DNA of 64,000 nt from contig JAUCBJ010008400.1 in NCBI GenBank assembly GCA_032718475.1, forward strand, positions 20,032-84,031. Direction: 5' to 3'. The notes below the pieces were generated by a model, which made no database searches, was not told the origin of the DNA, and saw nothing but the letters and a program-made list of their open reading frames with translations. Origin of the DNA: Nemertoderma westbladi. Its lineage: Eukaryota > Animalia > Xenacoelomorpha. Position 1 is the stretch's first letter. Each line of letters opens with the position of its first letter. The position numbers and the translations under genes are program-made. Below, in pieces: positions 20,626 to 31,970 of the stretch.

Positions 20626-22205
20626 ATGGAAACATACCATCCTAAAGGTCCTATATAAAGGTAAAGGTTCAAGAGATGAAGAGAACAACTATCGAGGTAT
20701 AGCCCTTCTGTGTAACCCTTTCAAGGTGCTTACAGGGCTTGTTGGGAAGCGGCTCCGTGAGTTCCTCCATTCTAAGATTCCTAAAGACCACTTTGGTTTC
20801 ATGCCAGGTCGATCAACCATTCAACCGTTGCAGCGTCTACTAACTCGGATCAAAGGAAATCTATCAGAACCAAGGAAGCCTCTTTATGCCGCCTTTATCG
20901 ATTTCCAAAAAGCCTTCGATTCGGTGCCACGATCTAAAGTACTGTACAAATTGGAACACGTGTTCAAGGTAAATGGGAGATTATTGCGTCTAATTAAATG
21001 TATTCTAAGCCCAAATTTCATATATATTTCTGATGGTTTGAGGAAATCTAATCCTGTGAGGCAAACTCAAGGATTCCAACAGGGTGATAGTCTAAGCCCG
21101 TTCCTTTTTATATTATACATATGGGACTTAACCTAATGTTTATTACGAGAGTAGCCGAAGCAATTGTGGTATTCCTATTCGCTGATGACCTTTTGTTCTT
21201 CTCTGATAACAAGGACGCTTTACAGGCTGCACTCAATGCCACCAGCAGATGGGCTTCCATCAACGGCCTTACTGCAAACCTGCGAAAATCGCAAATCATC
21301 AAATTCAGAAGAGGGGGGCGCCTATGTGGGGCTGATAAGTTTTTCTACAATGGTCAACCAGTTGAAATAGTAAATCATTACACTTATCTCGGAATAGTAC
21401 TACAACCAACCCTTTCATTCACTCGACACATAATTAACACCACATGCAAATCGTTTAAAGTGATCCATTCTATCAAACAACCCAGCCTTTTATCTCTCAA
21501 CACAGCAATCAAGTTATTTACAATCAAAATCGAACCAATCGTCAGTTATGGGCTCACTGTTATATGGGAATTTCTGAAATCAAAGGACTTTGAAAACCTG
21601 GACAAGATTAAGTCATCGTACCTTAAAAGAGTTCTGTCAGTACACAAATCTGCTCAGAACAGGCTTGTCCTGGCGCTGAGTGGAAGCAAGAACCTGTGTA
21701 TGGATCTGCAACAAAAACTCAATCTCCCCAAAACTCCCGAATTTAATAAATACATAACTGGGGTCAATTCGCAAGAACAACAAAATAATTCCAGAATTCT
21801 GGCGTTCTCCCGGATTTACAAACCCAAAATGGAGGACCTCAAACTATAAAAACCGGCACATCATCACACGGGTGTCTATACATGGGTTTCATCACCTAAT
21901 TTGTAAAAACCCCGCGTTTCACGAGACTCAGATGAATGCGTCTGCCGATTGTGTGACGCCAGAGCCAGCCGATACCACATTTTAAATTGTCACAAGAATG
22001 ATGCACCCCTTGTGAACTGGGCAAATACAAAATGAGCCCATGTAAGTGGAAGAACTGCAATTTTATTTTATTTTGTATATATTTTATAATAATTTGTATA
22101 GTTGTGTGTGTTATTGATGTAATTTTAGCCTAATTTCTCGTTCCTACTGTAGAAGTGCCATCCTTTTGGCTTAATTAATAAATATTAAAAAAAATAAAAC
22201 AAAAA
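20626..22205 (+). mobile_element. 5'-truncated non-LTR retrotransposon (clade uncertain): RT + C-terminal Cys/His motif, poly(A) tail
   Basis: NYRGIAL, FIDFQKAFDSV, QQGDSLSP, LFADDL, YLG; tail HGFHH..C..CVCRLC..YHILNC; AATAAA and A-run near 22177-22205; frameshifts. Confidence 0.85.
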
Positions 22206-22449
22206 ATAACCAACAGGTCATAAAACATTGTTGCACGGGTGTAGCCTACATGTATTTTATACATTTATTATAGGAAGGGATCTAGGGGTCTTTACCTCGA
22301 ATGATAAGTTTATTTTACCGAAAATAACTTATCTTTTATTGGCGCAATTGTAGGACTAATCCCATCACATGCGTACTTTTTAACCGGGTAGTGTACAAAT
22401 TTAGGAATCGCGTAATTTTTCTTGAAATTAATATCTCATATCTCTCCAA

Positions 22450-22492
22450 ACCACGTACGCGTTTCGACCTTACTGGGTCTCATCAGCGTGGT
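22450..22492 (-). ncRNA. Minimal type I hammerhead ribozyme (minus-strand copy)
   Basis: Reverse complement of 22751-22793. Confidence 0.85.
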
Positions 22493-22689
22493 GTCGGATT
22501 CGAACCTGGGACCTCGAGGTGGAAGCCGAGACTACAACCACTAGGCCACAGGTTCTTGAGATATGGAGTATTAATTTCAAAGCCACCTCGATAAATACAG
22601 CTTGCCAACACATTGTTACTATCAATAATCAAAAATCAGGGCTAATAAAATGGCAGCTGGCTTTGAAATTAATACTCCATATCTCAAGA

Positions 22690-22754
22690 ACCTGTGGCCT
22701 AGTAGTTGTAGTCTCGGCTTCCACCTCGAGGTCCCAGGTTCGAATCCGACACCA
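22690..22754 (+). promoter_or_regulatory. tRNA(Gly)-like internal Pol III promoter (mirror copy about 22489-22553 on minus)
   Basis: A-box TGGCCTAGT(A/G)G, anticodon-like loop CTTCCAC, B-box GGTTCGAATCC at 22737-22747, ends ACCA. Confidence 0.7.
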
Positions 22755-22793
22755 CGCTGATGAGACCCAGTAAGGTCGAAACGCGTACGTGGT
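22751..22793 (+). ncRNA. Minimal type I hammerhead ribozyme
   Basis: Stem I ACCACG/CGTGGT, core CTGATGA, stem II GACC-cagtaa-GGTC, GAAA, palindromic stem III ACGCGT, GUA cleavage triplet ending 22787. Confidence 0.88.
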
Positions 22794-23897
22794 TTGGAGA
22801 GATATGAGATATTAATTTCAAGAAAAATTACGCGATTCCTAAATTGGTACACTACCCGGTTAAAAAGTACGCATGTGATGGGATTAGTCCTACAAATGCG
22901 CCAATAAAAGATAAGTTATTTTCGGTAAAATAAATTTATCATTCGAGGTAAAGACCCCTAGATCCCTTCCTATAATAAATGTATAATAACAAACACCTCG
23001 AAAAATACAGCTTGCTAACACATGTATTTTACACATTTTTGTGTTGTATTTTTGTGTTTGAGTTATTAAAAAAAATCAAGTCTCCCCTAAAGTCAAGTCT
23101 CCCTCACTCACCCTACTCCTATCTCAGTAATTCAACTGGTTCTCATTTGTTTGACCCCAGTTAAGGAAAGGCTGAGTGGATCCAGGCGGGGCTCGAACAT
23201 ACAACCAATGGATCAACCAACTGTCGTCCTAACCTGTCTTTTTTTATAAAAGGTTTAGGTACATAGTGTATCTAAACCTACTGTGTATACTATATCAAAC
23301 ACCTAAAACATGGTGTAGACACCTACAAATTATCAGATCCCACAGCACATAGTGCTCGGAATAGACACAAAAAACCAAGTCAAGTCTCTAATTTAATGAA
23401 TTCCGTGAACTAGAGTTCCAATGTAAGTAACCCCCTGCTGGTGTGTTGCTGTGTTTCATAATGTTCCTTATGTATTACAGTTTTTTAAGTAATCAATAAC
23501 ACTTTGTTAACTAAAGCTGGATAATAATTGTGCTGCAGGACGATTGTGCTCGACCTCTGCTTGAGTTTCTTATCATGGCTGCTCAGTGTGATACCAAACT
23601 TATTAATGAAGTAGTAATGTAGTACCCAACATTGTTAAAAATATAACGCTCTCGCTTGTTAATTAATTTAGATGAATCACAACTTATTTATTTTGTTATA
23701 AAATTTTTTTTATGTGTATAATTTCATGGTTAAATTTTCCGAATAATTACGCTGTAAGTTAGCAGTCAGTCAGTCAATTACGCAGTCTTCTTGCGCAGAA
23801 CACTTGTTGATATGGCCTCTTCATTATTAAATGCATTATTCAATCATTATTTAACAATTATAAAATTAAATTATCTATGTAACATTTTCCCTTATAG

Positions 23898-24450
23898 CAC
23901 AGTAACGGCGGTCCCAGCAGCCTAGCGCCCTCAGACCTAATGGTCAGCCATACACAGTGCCGGCGGACCCAGAGGCATAGCGCCCACAGATCTAACGGTC
24001 AGCCATACACCGTGCCGGTGGACCCAGCAGCATAGCGCCCTCAGACCTAATGGTCAGCCATACACAACACAGTGCCGGCGGACCCAGAGGCAAGCGACCA
24101 CAGATCTAACGATCAGCCATAGACAGTGCCGGTGGACCCAGCAGCATAGCGCCCACAGATCTAACGATCAGCCATACACAGTGCTGGCGGACTCAGCAGC
24201 ATAGCACCCACAGATCTAACGGTCAGCCATACACAGTGCCGGCGGACCCAGCAGCATAGCGCCCACAGATCTAAATATCAGCCATACACAGTGCTGGTGG
24301 ACCCAGCAGCATAGCACCCCCAGATCTAATGGTCAGTAACACACAGTACCGGTGGATCCAGCAGCATAGCGCCCTCAGATCTAATGGTCAGCCATACACC
24401 GGGCTGGTTGACCCAGCAGCATAGCAGCAGCATCTTACGGTCAGCCATGA
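23898..24450. repeat. ~55-bp minisatellite, about 10 copies
   Basis: ACACAGTGCCGGCGGACCCAGCAGCATAGCGCCCACAGATCTAACGGTCAGCCAT unit. Confidence 0.9.
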
Positions 24451-24702
24451 ACTTTCCTAGTTCATCCTTGTTCTTGAGTCCGATGACTTGGAGCAGCCGC
24501 TTGTGGAAAGTCATTGGCTTTCTACCACACCTATTTTCACCAGCAGTCTGCCTTAGAAAAGCTTGTGTACAGGTTTCTCGGCGGAAACAGTGACCAGCAG
24601 GCTAGGAAATCAGAGGAGAAGACTGAAGGCCACTTAAGTCATTAAAGTCAGCGGACTGTCCAACCACCTCGGTGATTAAGTCTGACATAACTGCAATAAT
24701 AT

Positions 24703-25174
24703 CAGCAGCAGTAGTTCCAGTACTCCTCTATGGGAGTCCATGCTGGGCTCTAACTGCTGAGGACACCAAATCTCTGGATGGCACATTCACAAGAATGCTA
24801 CGCCGGGTTCATTGTGTCAAGTACAATGCAAACATCTCCAACCAGACACTATATAACATTGGAGGTATCTCATTGGTTCCCCCAAGCTTGACACTAGAAC
24901 AAAATCGCCTCCGCTTTGCAGGACATTGCTTTCACCGTGAGGACCAGCCAGTGCATAATCTTGTACTTTGGTAGCCTCATGGATTGAATAAGCATGGTGG
25001 ACAGCCCATGACTTTCTTGAGACGCATCTTAAAGGACACTGGCCTTGAAGATGCGGATGATCTAGCAAATGTCATGGGTGATAGGGAGTTGTGGCGGTGC
25101 AATTTTGTCGATAAGCCGGCACAGCATTCTTAAAAATGCAGCTGCAGTGCAGCATGCCGATACTAGTAGTAGTA
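24703..25174 (+). mobile_element. RTE-clade LINE 3' fragment (same family as 19825-20625)
   Basis: Near-identical reverse complement of about 19825-20290; (TAG)n tail. Confidence 0.85.
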
Positions 25175-27131
25175 GAACAGCAATAATTGATCAAATATAG
25201 TCATGCATTAAGTTGGGATGATGTTCTACCTGCTACTAGTGAAACTCAGCAAAGTTAAGGACTCACTGGTGAGGAAGTGTCATAACTCCAACAGATTTTG
25301 AATAATTCTGCTGGCTAACTTGAATTCCTCCTCTGGTCCTGCAATGAGTAAAATGTCGTTCACATAACAATAGATCCGAGCCACATCAAACAAAGTAAGT
25401 CATAGAAACCATCTCCATTAAGACATTCTAACACCTCATTAATATATTATAGAAAGAAACTAGTAGGAAGAAGGGAAATTGTGTGACCTCTTATAGCCTC
25501 AGTTTCATTCCATTTGATTCAATGTTTGATCAATTCTACATTAATCAGACATGTATGGGCTGATGATATGTATTAGTTTTTGTAACAACTAGTTCGTTTC
25601 GTTGATTACAAAATGTATATTATTATAAAAGTAATGTTAATAAATGAAATTAAATATATTTAAATGGCTAAGTACCAACATTGTCAATAATCCTCGCAGA
25701 CTAGTCGTTAAAATTCGACGGCCAAAAGTACATTTCGCCACCTTCAAGGCAGAAACCCCTAAGGCTCATTCCAAAGTAAAGTACACAATTTTGAACTTTG
25801 ATTGCCTGTACAATGTTATCCACAGCACATATGTGCACAAAATTGTGCTTGGATTGAACTTTCGAATATCAGCTTTGATTTCGCGAAGATTATGGCGTGA
25901 CTTAGTCACTTTTGAGAAAACACCAGCTTGTCCAATTAAGGTAAAGTACGGATTCGTACGAAATTGTTTTTTTTATTTTATGATTTCAATTCTATAATTT
26001 AGCGAATTGTGCGCAGGTACAGTGTTGAGTTGATGTTTAGGATAAAGCTGTATTATTAATTAAGCTTAAATAAAAATATAAATATAAGACGAATTGCTGC
26101 ATTGCTAATTTTTTACAGTGTGGTTTGTGTGGTAAAGTATGGGACATTGCTAAGTAAAGTACGGGACCTGTACGAATTTTATGGTCAAAATGGTCTCTTA
26201 CACTTAACCTAACAGTAATTTCTGGATAATTTGTGATAATAAAGTGCAACTAAGTATTTCCAACCAAGATATGGATACAAAATGTGGGGCGGCCCACAAA
26301 TTGACCCGAAGTCTTAGCATATGTGCCCTTGAGGAGTTGTATGTCATCTGTCAAATTTTTGACCGCTAATACTGTATAACTCGGTCATTTTTAGATGAAA
26401 TTAAACCAAACATGGTACGTATGAAGTCTGTCAAAAGTTTGGAAATAATCTGAAGTTTAAGGAATTAAAGGTCACATATCAGACAGTCTGTCTGTTGGTA
26501 CCGATAGTTTCAAAATTTTGATAAAACCGAAATAAGTCCGCCAATCATTGATGAAATATAACCAAACTTGGTACACATGTAGTCTGTAAAAAGTTTAGAA
26601 ATTCTTTCCATTTTTCTGAAAATGTATCAATTACTGTACTTACCAATCTTCTTATCTGCTAAAAAACTAAATTTTTTGAAATTTGTTGTAAAGTACGGGA
26701 CTTTACATGCATAAACTCAAAGATTAGTTAACTGATGAATGATTCTTAGTTCAAATACATACTTCTATGCTTCCCCCTACTATCACCCTAAAGCATTATA
26801 ACACTCCTGCCCTCCAGGTTTCATATATTACATTAATACAGTGCACTAAAATGTAATCGCCATTATAATGGTAAAGTATGGGACAATTTTCAATTGGCCG
26901 TCATGATGTTTCTGAGGGAGTAGATTATGAAACTACAGGTAATTGTTTCTTAAGATGACGCAACACAAACGTGCTTTGCATTCAACTGGGTGATTGGGCT
27001 GAGTTAGACTACTTCTATGTGTATAAATTAAAAATTTCACTAATTTTTGGTAAAGTATGGGACTTTACATGCATAAACCCAAAGATTTCTTGACTGAGGA
27101 ATGATTCACAGTTCAAATATAGACTCCTATT

Positions 27132-27446
27132 AGTAGTATATATTACATGGAACCTCGGCCAAGGTCACCCGTAGTCCATCATTACCATCCATTTCTGGTA
27201 CTGCAGCCAATCAGAAGCCACCATTTCAACCTTTTGCAGTGGTCGTTATTATTTCAACCAATCAGATGTCAGCATTTCATCCGTAACCATGGTAACTTCT
27301 CAAGTTCCCGCTTATTCCGCTAGAGGCGTTATTAGTCACCCAACGCTAGTACTGCATCCAATCACCAACCTTTATTTTACAGGTGTTCGGGTGTCTACAC
27401 TTAGCATCAGGTAACTTCTATTATTTTTCAAATCGCAATTTTTCAC
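27132..27446 (+). repeat. Polinton B left TIR (315 bp)
   Basis: Reverse complement of 44760-45074, one mismatch seen. Confidence 0.95.
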
Positions 27447-28034
27447 CAACCATTGCATATTCATCTTCACATAGCCTAACCTCACGATGCATGGCTAGCC
27501 CCCATCCCATCGCTACTCAATCCACAGCTGTTACCCACCCAACCACCCACCAACCAACCAATCAACGGCGATGTTTGCCTAACCCTACGGTTATTCACCT
27601 TTTCACCACGTTACCACCACTGCCACGTTACCACCACCACTGTATACTGTATATGGTGACGACGTGGCCACCAACTACTCGCATCGTGCATATATTATAT
27701 TATATCGATTGCCAACTCCACGACAGCCGTCACCAAACCAACAAACCAACCACTCAGTATGATACATGAGATTCCGTCACGTTCCAGCTACGCGTATGTA
27801 TTAGTGATTATTATTATTACGCAATAATTTTTTTGTTTATACAGTAGTTCCCTACCAGCTAATCAACCAATCAATAAACCGAATTTAGGCTATTTTTCAG
27901 TTGAAGACTTGTATTATTTTTGAAAATATCTTATATATAATCTCTTGCTTTAATCGCAATTAATCATTTGTAATGGTTTTAGTTTAAAAAGTTTTTACTT
28001 TGTTTGTTTGATTTACAATAAAATTAATTAAATA

Positions 28035-28478
28035 ATGTCTTCTGATTCCGATATGGTTATGCCAATAGTAAGGCATTCATTTTTCGCAGAAGATGGTGAA
28101 GCCTATATTGTTATTGATCATACAATTTACCGTCAAGGAGATGATAAATATAAAATCGATTTTTCTGAAAAAGCCAGGAAAGTTTTAAGCTCAATCGATA
28201 TTGATGCTTCTGATAATAGTATTCATCTTTTAGATTACAACCGGAAAGTTGAGCAAGAGGGAAAATTAATCAACATCTTACTATTATCCATGATAGAGGG
28301 GTTTATTGTTATTACACAATACAACGAAGCTGGTGAAAAGTTTGAAATACAGCTAAATCGGCATAGCCCCTACGAAATTATGTCTTTCTTTATTGTAATG
28401 ATTTCAAAAGAATCCTTTGTCGAACCTGAAGAATCAACAGATAATGTTGAATATGTTGATAATATCATTGATTCTTGA
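28035..28478 (+). CDS. Polinton B hypothetical protein (147 aa, acidic)
   Basis: ATG ORF preceded by TATATATAA at about 27932; no motif recognised. Confidence 0.6.
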   Translation: MSSDSDMVMPIVRHSFFAEDGEAYIVIDHTIYRQGDDKYKIDFSEKARKVLSSIDIDASDNSIHLLDYNRKVEQEGKLINILLLSMIEGFIVITQYNEAGEKFEIQLNRHSPYEIMSFFIVMISKESFVEPEESTDNVEYVDNIIDS

Positions 28479-28648
28479 CTTTTCCCTCTATATTATAAAT
28501 ATTTTATGATTATATATAAAATTTTGATGTTTTTAAATAATCGAAAATTGTAGCAGTATTTGTATATATACAGTATAACAGTTTTGTTTGTTGTTGTTGT
28601 TGTTGTGTATTGCAGTAATTATTTTCAATTTACTTTAAAATTTGGAAA

Positions 28649-29101
28649 ATGGATATTTTAAATGAAAAATGTCCAGTTTGCTATTCTAAGTTATTGCAAC
28701 AACATCGAGATTATTATAAATGTGAAAATAAACATGCAACTTGCGTACAATGTATTGTACAATATTCCGAAATGAATAATTATTGTTCTAAAATTTGTCC
28801 TATTTGTCGCGCACCCATATCTAAGTTTAATATAAAGTTGGCAAGTTATCAACCCTATTATTGGAAAGAGCTTCGCAATATAACTTATATTTCTGCGGAA
28901 AGTAATGATCCGGGAGATTTATTTACAATATTGGAGAATATTTTTTATAGAAATGTAGTACGATGCTGTTGCTACTATATTCCTTATTTTTTTAGCAGCG
29001 AACATAAAAAAATTATTAGCGCGAAATTTTCGGGAAGTGATTTCCAAACCGCCGATGTTACCTATCATTATTTCGCGTATAAAGATGCTCACCATGCTTA
29101 A
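28649..29101 (+). CDS. RING-finger (C3HC4-type) protein, putative E3 ligase
   Basis: CPVC...CENKHATCVQC...CPICR. Confidence 0.85.
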   Translation: MDILNEKCPVCYSKLLQQHRDYYKCENKHATCVQCIVQYSEMNNYCSKICPICRAPISKFNIKLASYQPYYWKELRNITYISAESNDPGDLFTILENIFYRNVVRCCCYYIPYFFSSEHKKIISAKFSGSDFQTADVTYHYFAYKDAHHA

Positions 29102-29311
29102 AATTACATCAGTCTATACTATAATTGGAAATAGCACCTTTTGTTGCAGCGAGCGTCACATACTGTAGCGGCGTCGTATGTTAATTAAATATACAGTACT
29201 CTAATATTGTAGTTGCAACAATTATTGTTATATACATAGTAATGGTGATGGTTTATTGATATTGATATTATATTATATTGTATTGTTGATATATCTTAAT
29301 AATAATAATAA

Positions 29312-29995
29312 ATGGCTGACTTTAATTCAGGTCCATATAATTTAAACTTTCAAATGGGAACGAGTATGATAATTTCTGGGCCATCTGGTTCTGGAAAGTC
29401 AACCTTTGTAAGCAATTTAATTAAACACAAGAATGGTTGTTTCAACGAAGCACCCTTGCGAGTATTGTATTGTTACGGGAGCAATCCCCCGACTATTCCC
29501 GGTATTACTCACCTTTACAAAGGTTTGCCCGAAAATATAGATAGTTTAGTGAATAGTCGAGATTTATTAATTATAGATGATTTGTTAACAGAAACTGAGT
29601 CCAGTACAGCATTAACTGTATTGTTTACTAAGGTAGCTCATCATTCCAATATATTTATTTGTTTTATAACGCAAAACATGTTTTACAGTGGGAAGCATAA
29701 CCGGACAAGATCAATTAATAGCCATACTTTAGTATTAATGAAAAATCCGAGAGACAGTTTATCGGTTTTAAATTTCGCGAAGCAGATGTTACCAGGGCAG
29801 ACCAAATTTTTAGTTGATTCCTATCAAGATGCGACAATTCAACCATTTTCACATTTCTTAATTGATTTACGACAGGAAACACCCGAACATTTAAGATTTA
29901 GATCTGATATATTTCGTAATCATAATTGTTACATTAAAAATTACACTGACTATAAACGTAGCGAAAATAATAATAATAATAATAATGATAAATAA
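29312..29995 (+). CDS. A32/FtsK-HerA-type genome packaging ATPase
   Basis: Walker A GPSGSGKS, Walker B LLIIDD, HHSNI..ITQN, LMKNPRD. Confidence 0.93.
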   Translation: MADFNSGPYNLNFQMGTSMIISGPSGSGKSTFVSNLIKHKNGCFNEAPLRVLYCYGSNPPTIPGITHLYKGLPENIDSLVNSRDLLIIDDLLTETESSTALTVLFTKVAHHSNIFICFITQNMFYSGKHNRTRSINSHTLVLMKNPRDSLSVLNFAKQMLPGQTKFLVDSYQDATIQPFSHFLIDLRQETPEHLRFRSDIFRNHNCYIKNYTDYKRSENNNNNNNDK

Positions 29996-30032
29996 TTAAT
30001 ATTTTGTAACAATTTTCAATAATGTTGCAACA

Positions 30033-30416
30033 ATGAATAGACTTGTACAGAAATATCGTAACGAACTGGAATTTCTACGCAGCGCTACCCCTCAACAAAG
30101 AACTTATTTTATTAACCATACCGCAAGTAACGAATTAATACGGCTCATTGTAAATACTGCATTAAATGTTCTAAAAGGTAATGTACAATTAACCCCTCAT
30201 TCATTTAGAAATATTCGCCGCTATAAGAAGGTATTGAAATCACTCAACCGTAAAACAAAAAATATATCAAGTTACAGAAAAAAGTTAAGCAATCAATCTG
30301 GAGGTATACTACAGTTTCTAATACCCTTACTCGGCATTGGTGCGAAACTCGCCGCGAGTGCCGGAGCCGCCGCCGCTGGAGCAGCTATCGCGAAAAAAAT
30401 TAACCGTGGACGGTAA
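30033..30416 (+). CDS. Small basic Polinton virion-module protein with QxGG motif and hydrophobic C-terminus
   Basis: NVLKGNV..., NQSGGILQFLIPLLG; positioned between ATPase and integrase. Confidence 0.75.
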   Translation: MNRLVQKYRNELEFLRSATPQQRTYFINHTASNELIRLIVNTALNVLKGNVQLTPHSFRNIRRYKKVLKSLNRKTKNISSYRKKLSNQSGGILQFLIPLLGIGAKLAASAGAAAAGAAIAKKINRGR

Positions 30417-30418
30417 TA

Positions 30419-30589
30419 ATGGTTAAAACAGGAGTAACATTTAGAAAATTATATTTAGTATCGAGTAAACCGTTAGCTACTGATTTAAAACCTCAAGATA
30501 TACCTAGAGTAAATACTACAAAAAGAAAACCCTTTAAAACATCAACTTCAAAGAAAATAATTAAAAAATTTCAGTTGTTCTTACGGTGA
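30419..30589 (+). CDS. Short basic ORF (56 aa)
   Basis: ATG 2 bp after previous stop; MVKTGVTFRKLYLVSS. Confidence 0.35.
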   Translation: MVKTGVTFRKLYLVSSKPLATDLKPQDIPRVNTTKRKPFKTSTSKKIIKKFQLFLR

Positions 30590-30640
30590 TGCCCTTTATA
30601 AGAGATTTGAATATACATATTACTTGCGGTTGTCGAAAAG

Positions 30641-31721
30641 ATGCCTCGCAAGATGAAACCGAAGCTTAGACAAAAAACTGTTAAGAATTTATTTAGATCC
30701 ATCATCCCCCGCGGGTTTTGCAAGTGTTGCAAAATTAGCAAAAGCTGCAAACATCAAACCAGCCCAAACCCAGAAATGGTTGAGCGGGCAAAAGACATAC
30801 ACCCTTCACGCTCCACGTAGACATCATTATCCAACATCTAAAATATTTACGGGAGGCATAAAAGATATATATAATATGATAGATTTGGTGGATATGCAGC
30901 AATATAAGTCGCAAAATAATAATTATAACTATATATTAACATGTATTGATGCCTTTAGCAGGCTTGCTTTTGGCTATGGTATGAAAACAAAAAAGGGTGT
31001 TGAAATTATTAGTATATTGCAAAAAATATTCCAGAAAGGAAAACCAAACAGAATCGCGACTGATCAAGGGTCTGAGTTTTTAAATAAATCTGTAAGAAAA
31101 TATTTAGATACGTTAGGTATACAGTATTACGTAATGTATTCTGTGAATAAGGCGGCTATTGTCGAGAGATTCAATAGAACATTAAAAACAAAGATGTTCA
31201 AAATTTTTACACAACGAGGAAATAATGTTTGGTTTAAAATTTTACCTAAGCTTATCTCGGCTTATAATAGGTCATATCATAGGACAATAAAAATGACGCC
31301 TATTGAAGTTAATAAATTTAATGAAACTGAATTAATGAATAGATTATATGGGAAATATAGACAGATTAATCATAAGAAAATAAAATTTAAAGTTGGAGAT
31401 ACAGTACAATTATCTATCGCTCGTGCTGCTTTTGCTAAAGGCTATCGAGAACAATGGACACGTGAATTATTTATTATTCATCGTGTCAGATTGGATAGAG
31501 TACCAGCGGTAATGTTCGATATTAAGGACAGCGCTGGAGCTATAATAAAGGACTCATTTTATTCTCATGAACTCCAAAAGGTCCACCCGAATAGTAATAT
31601 TTATCTAGCAATTGATAAAAATATTAGCAAACTTAAAGAACGTGTACGCAATGGGAAGAAAGAATATTTAGTCCGATTCATCGGATCCAAGAAACAGTCG
31701 TGGGTACAGCATATTCAATAA
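30641..31721 (+). CDS. Retroviral-like (RVE) integrase with degenerate C-terminal chromo-like tail; 5' end apparently frameshifted
   Basis: YLDPSSPAGF, YTLH, DDE triad IDLVD / TDQGSEF / VERFNRT, KEYLVRF..SWV; ATG at 30641 is one base out of frame. Confidence 0.92.
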
Positions 31722-31970
31722 GCTTAGGTTTATACTGTATATTAATTCATTTTGGTCGCATATGACTGTAATTAATCAATATTAACTCGAATGATATTAC
31801 TATATCTATAGTTCATCTGCTTTAAATAAAGCCAGTAAAATATTGATCCCTCGCATATACTGTAGAAGATGCACAATGAACGTGGTCACAGATGTCTATA
31901 ATTTAACATTATACTGTACTGTATGTACAATGGAGTCAAGTAGAGAGAGCGAGCTTAAATAATAATAATA

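Larger units (their letters stand above)
22257..22986. repeat. Near-perfect inverted repeat, 329-bp arms (22257-22585 / 22658-22986), Penelope pseudo-LTR or SINE-like
   Basis: Arms are reverse complements with few mismatches; each contains a tRNA-like head and a hammerhead. Confidence 0.9.
19120..23113. mobile_element. Non-autonomous TIR DNA transposon with TA flanks (Tc1/mariner/pogo-like), hosting nested LINEs and the hammerhead repeat
   Basis: TA|GGCTGAGTGAGGGAGACTTGA ... TCAAGTCTCCCTCACTCACCC|TA; internal GGAGACTTGA repeats. Confidence 0.7.

Noticed and set aside
22690-22754. Functional tRNA-Gly gene
   Set aside because: No convincing acceptor stem and it runs directly into a hammerhead; treated as a tRNA-derived promoter
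22391-22852. Mirror ORFs 22391..22594 and 22622..22852
   Set aside because: Products of the inverted repeat; the sequence is better explained as structured RNA
23898-24450. 55-bp array as CRISPR or coding repeat (ORFs 24326..24514, 24384..24593)
   Set aside because: Whole unit is repeated with no spacers; 55 is not a multiple of 3
27383-27769. ORFs 27383..27769 and 44629..44823 with identical N-termini
   Set aside because: Both start at a GTG inside the TIRs; artefact of the inverted repeat
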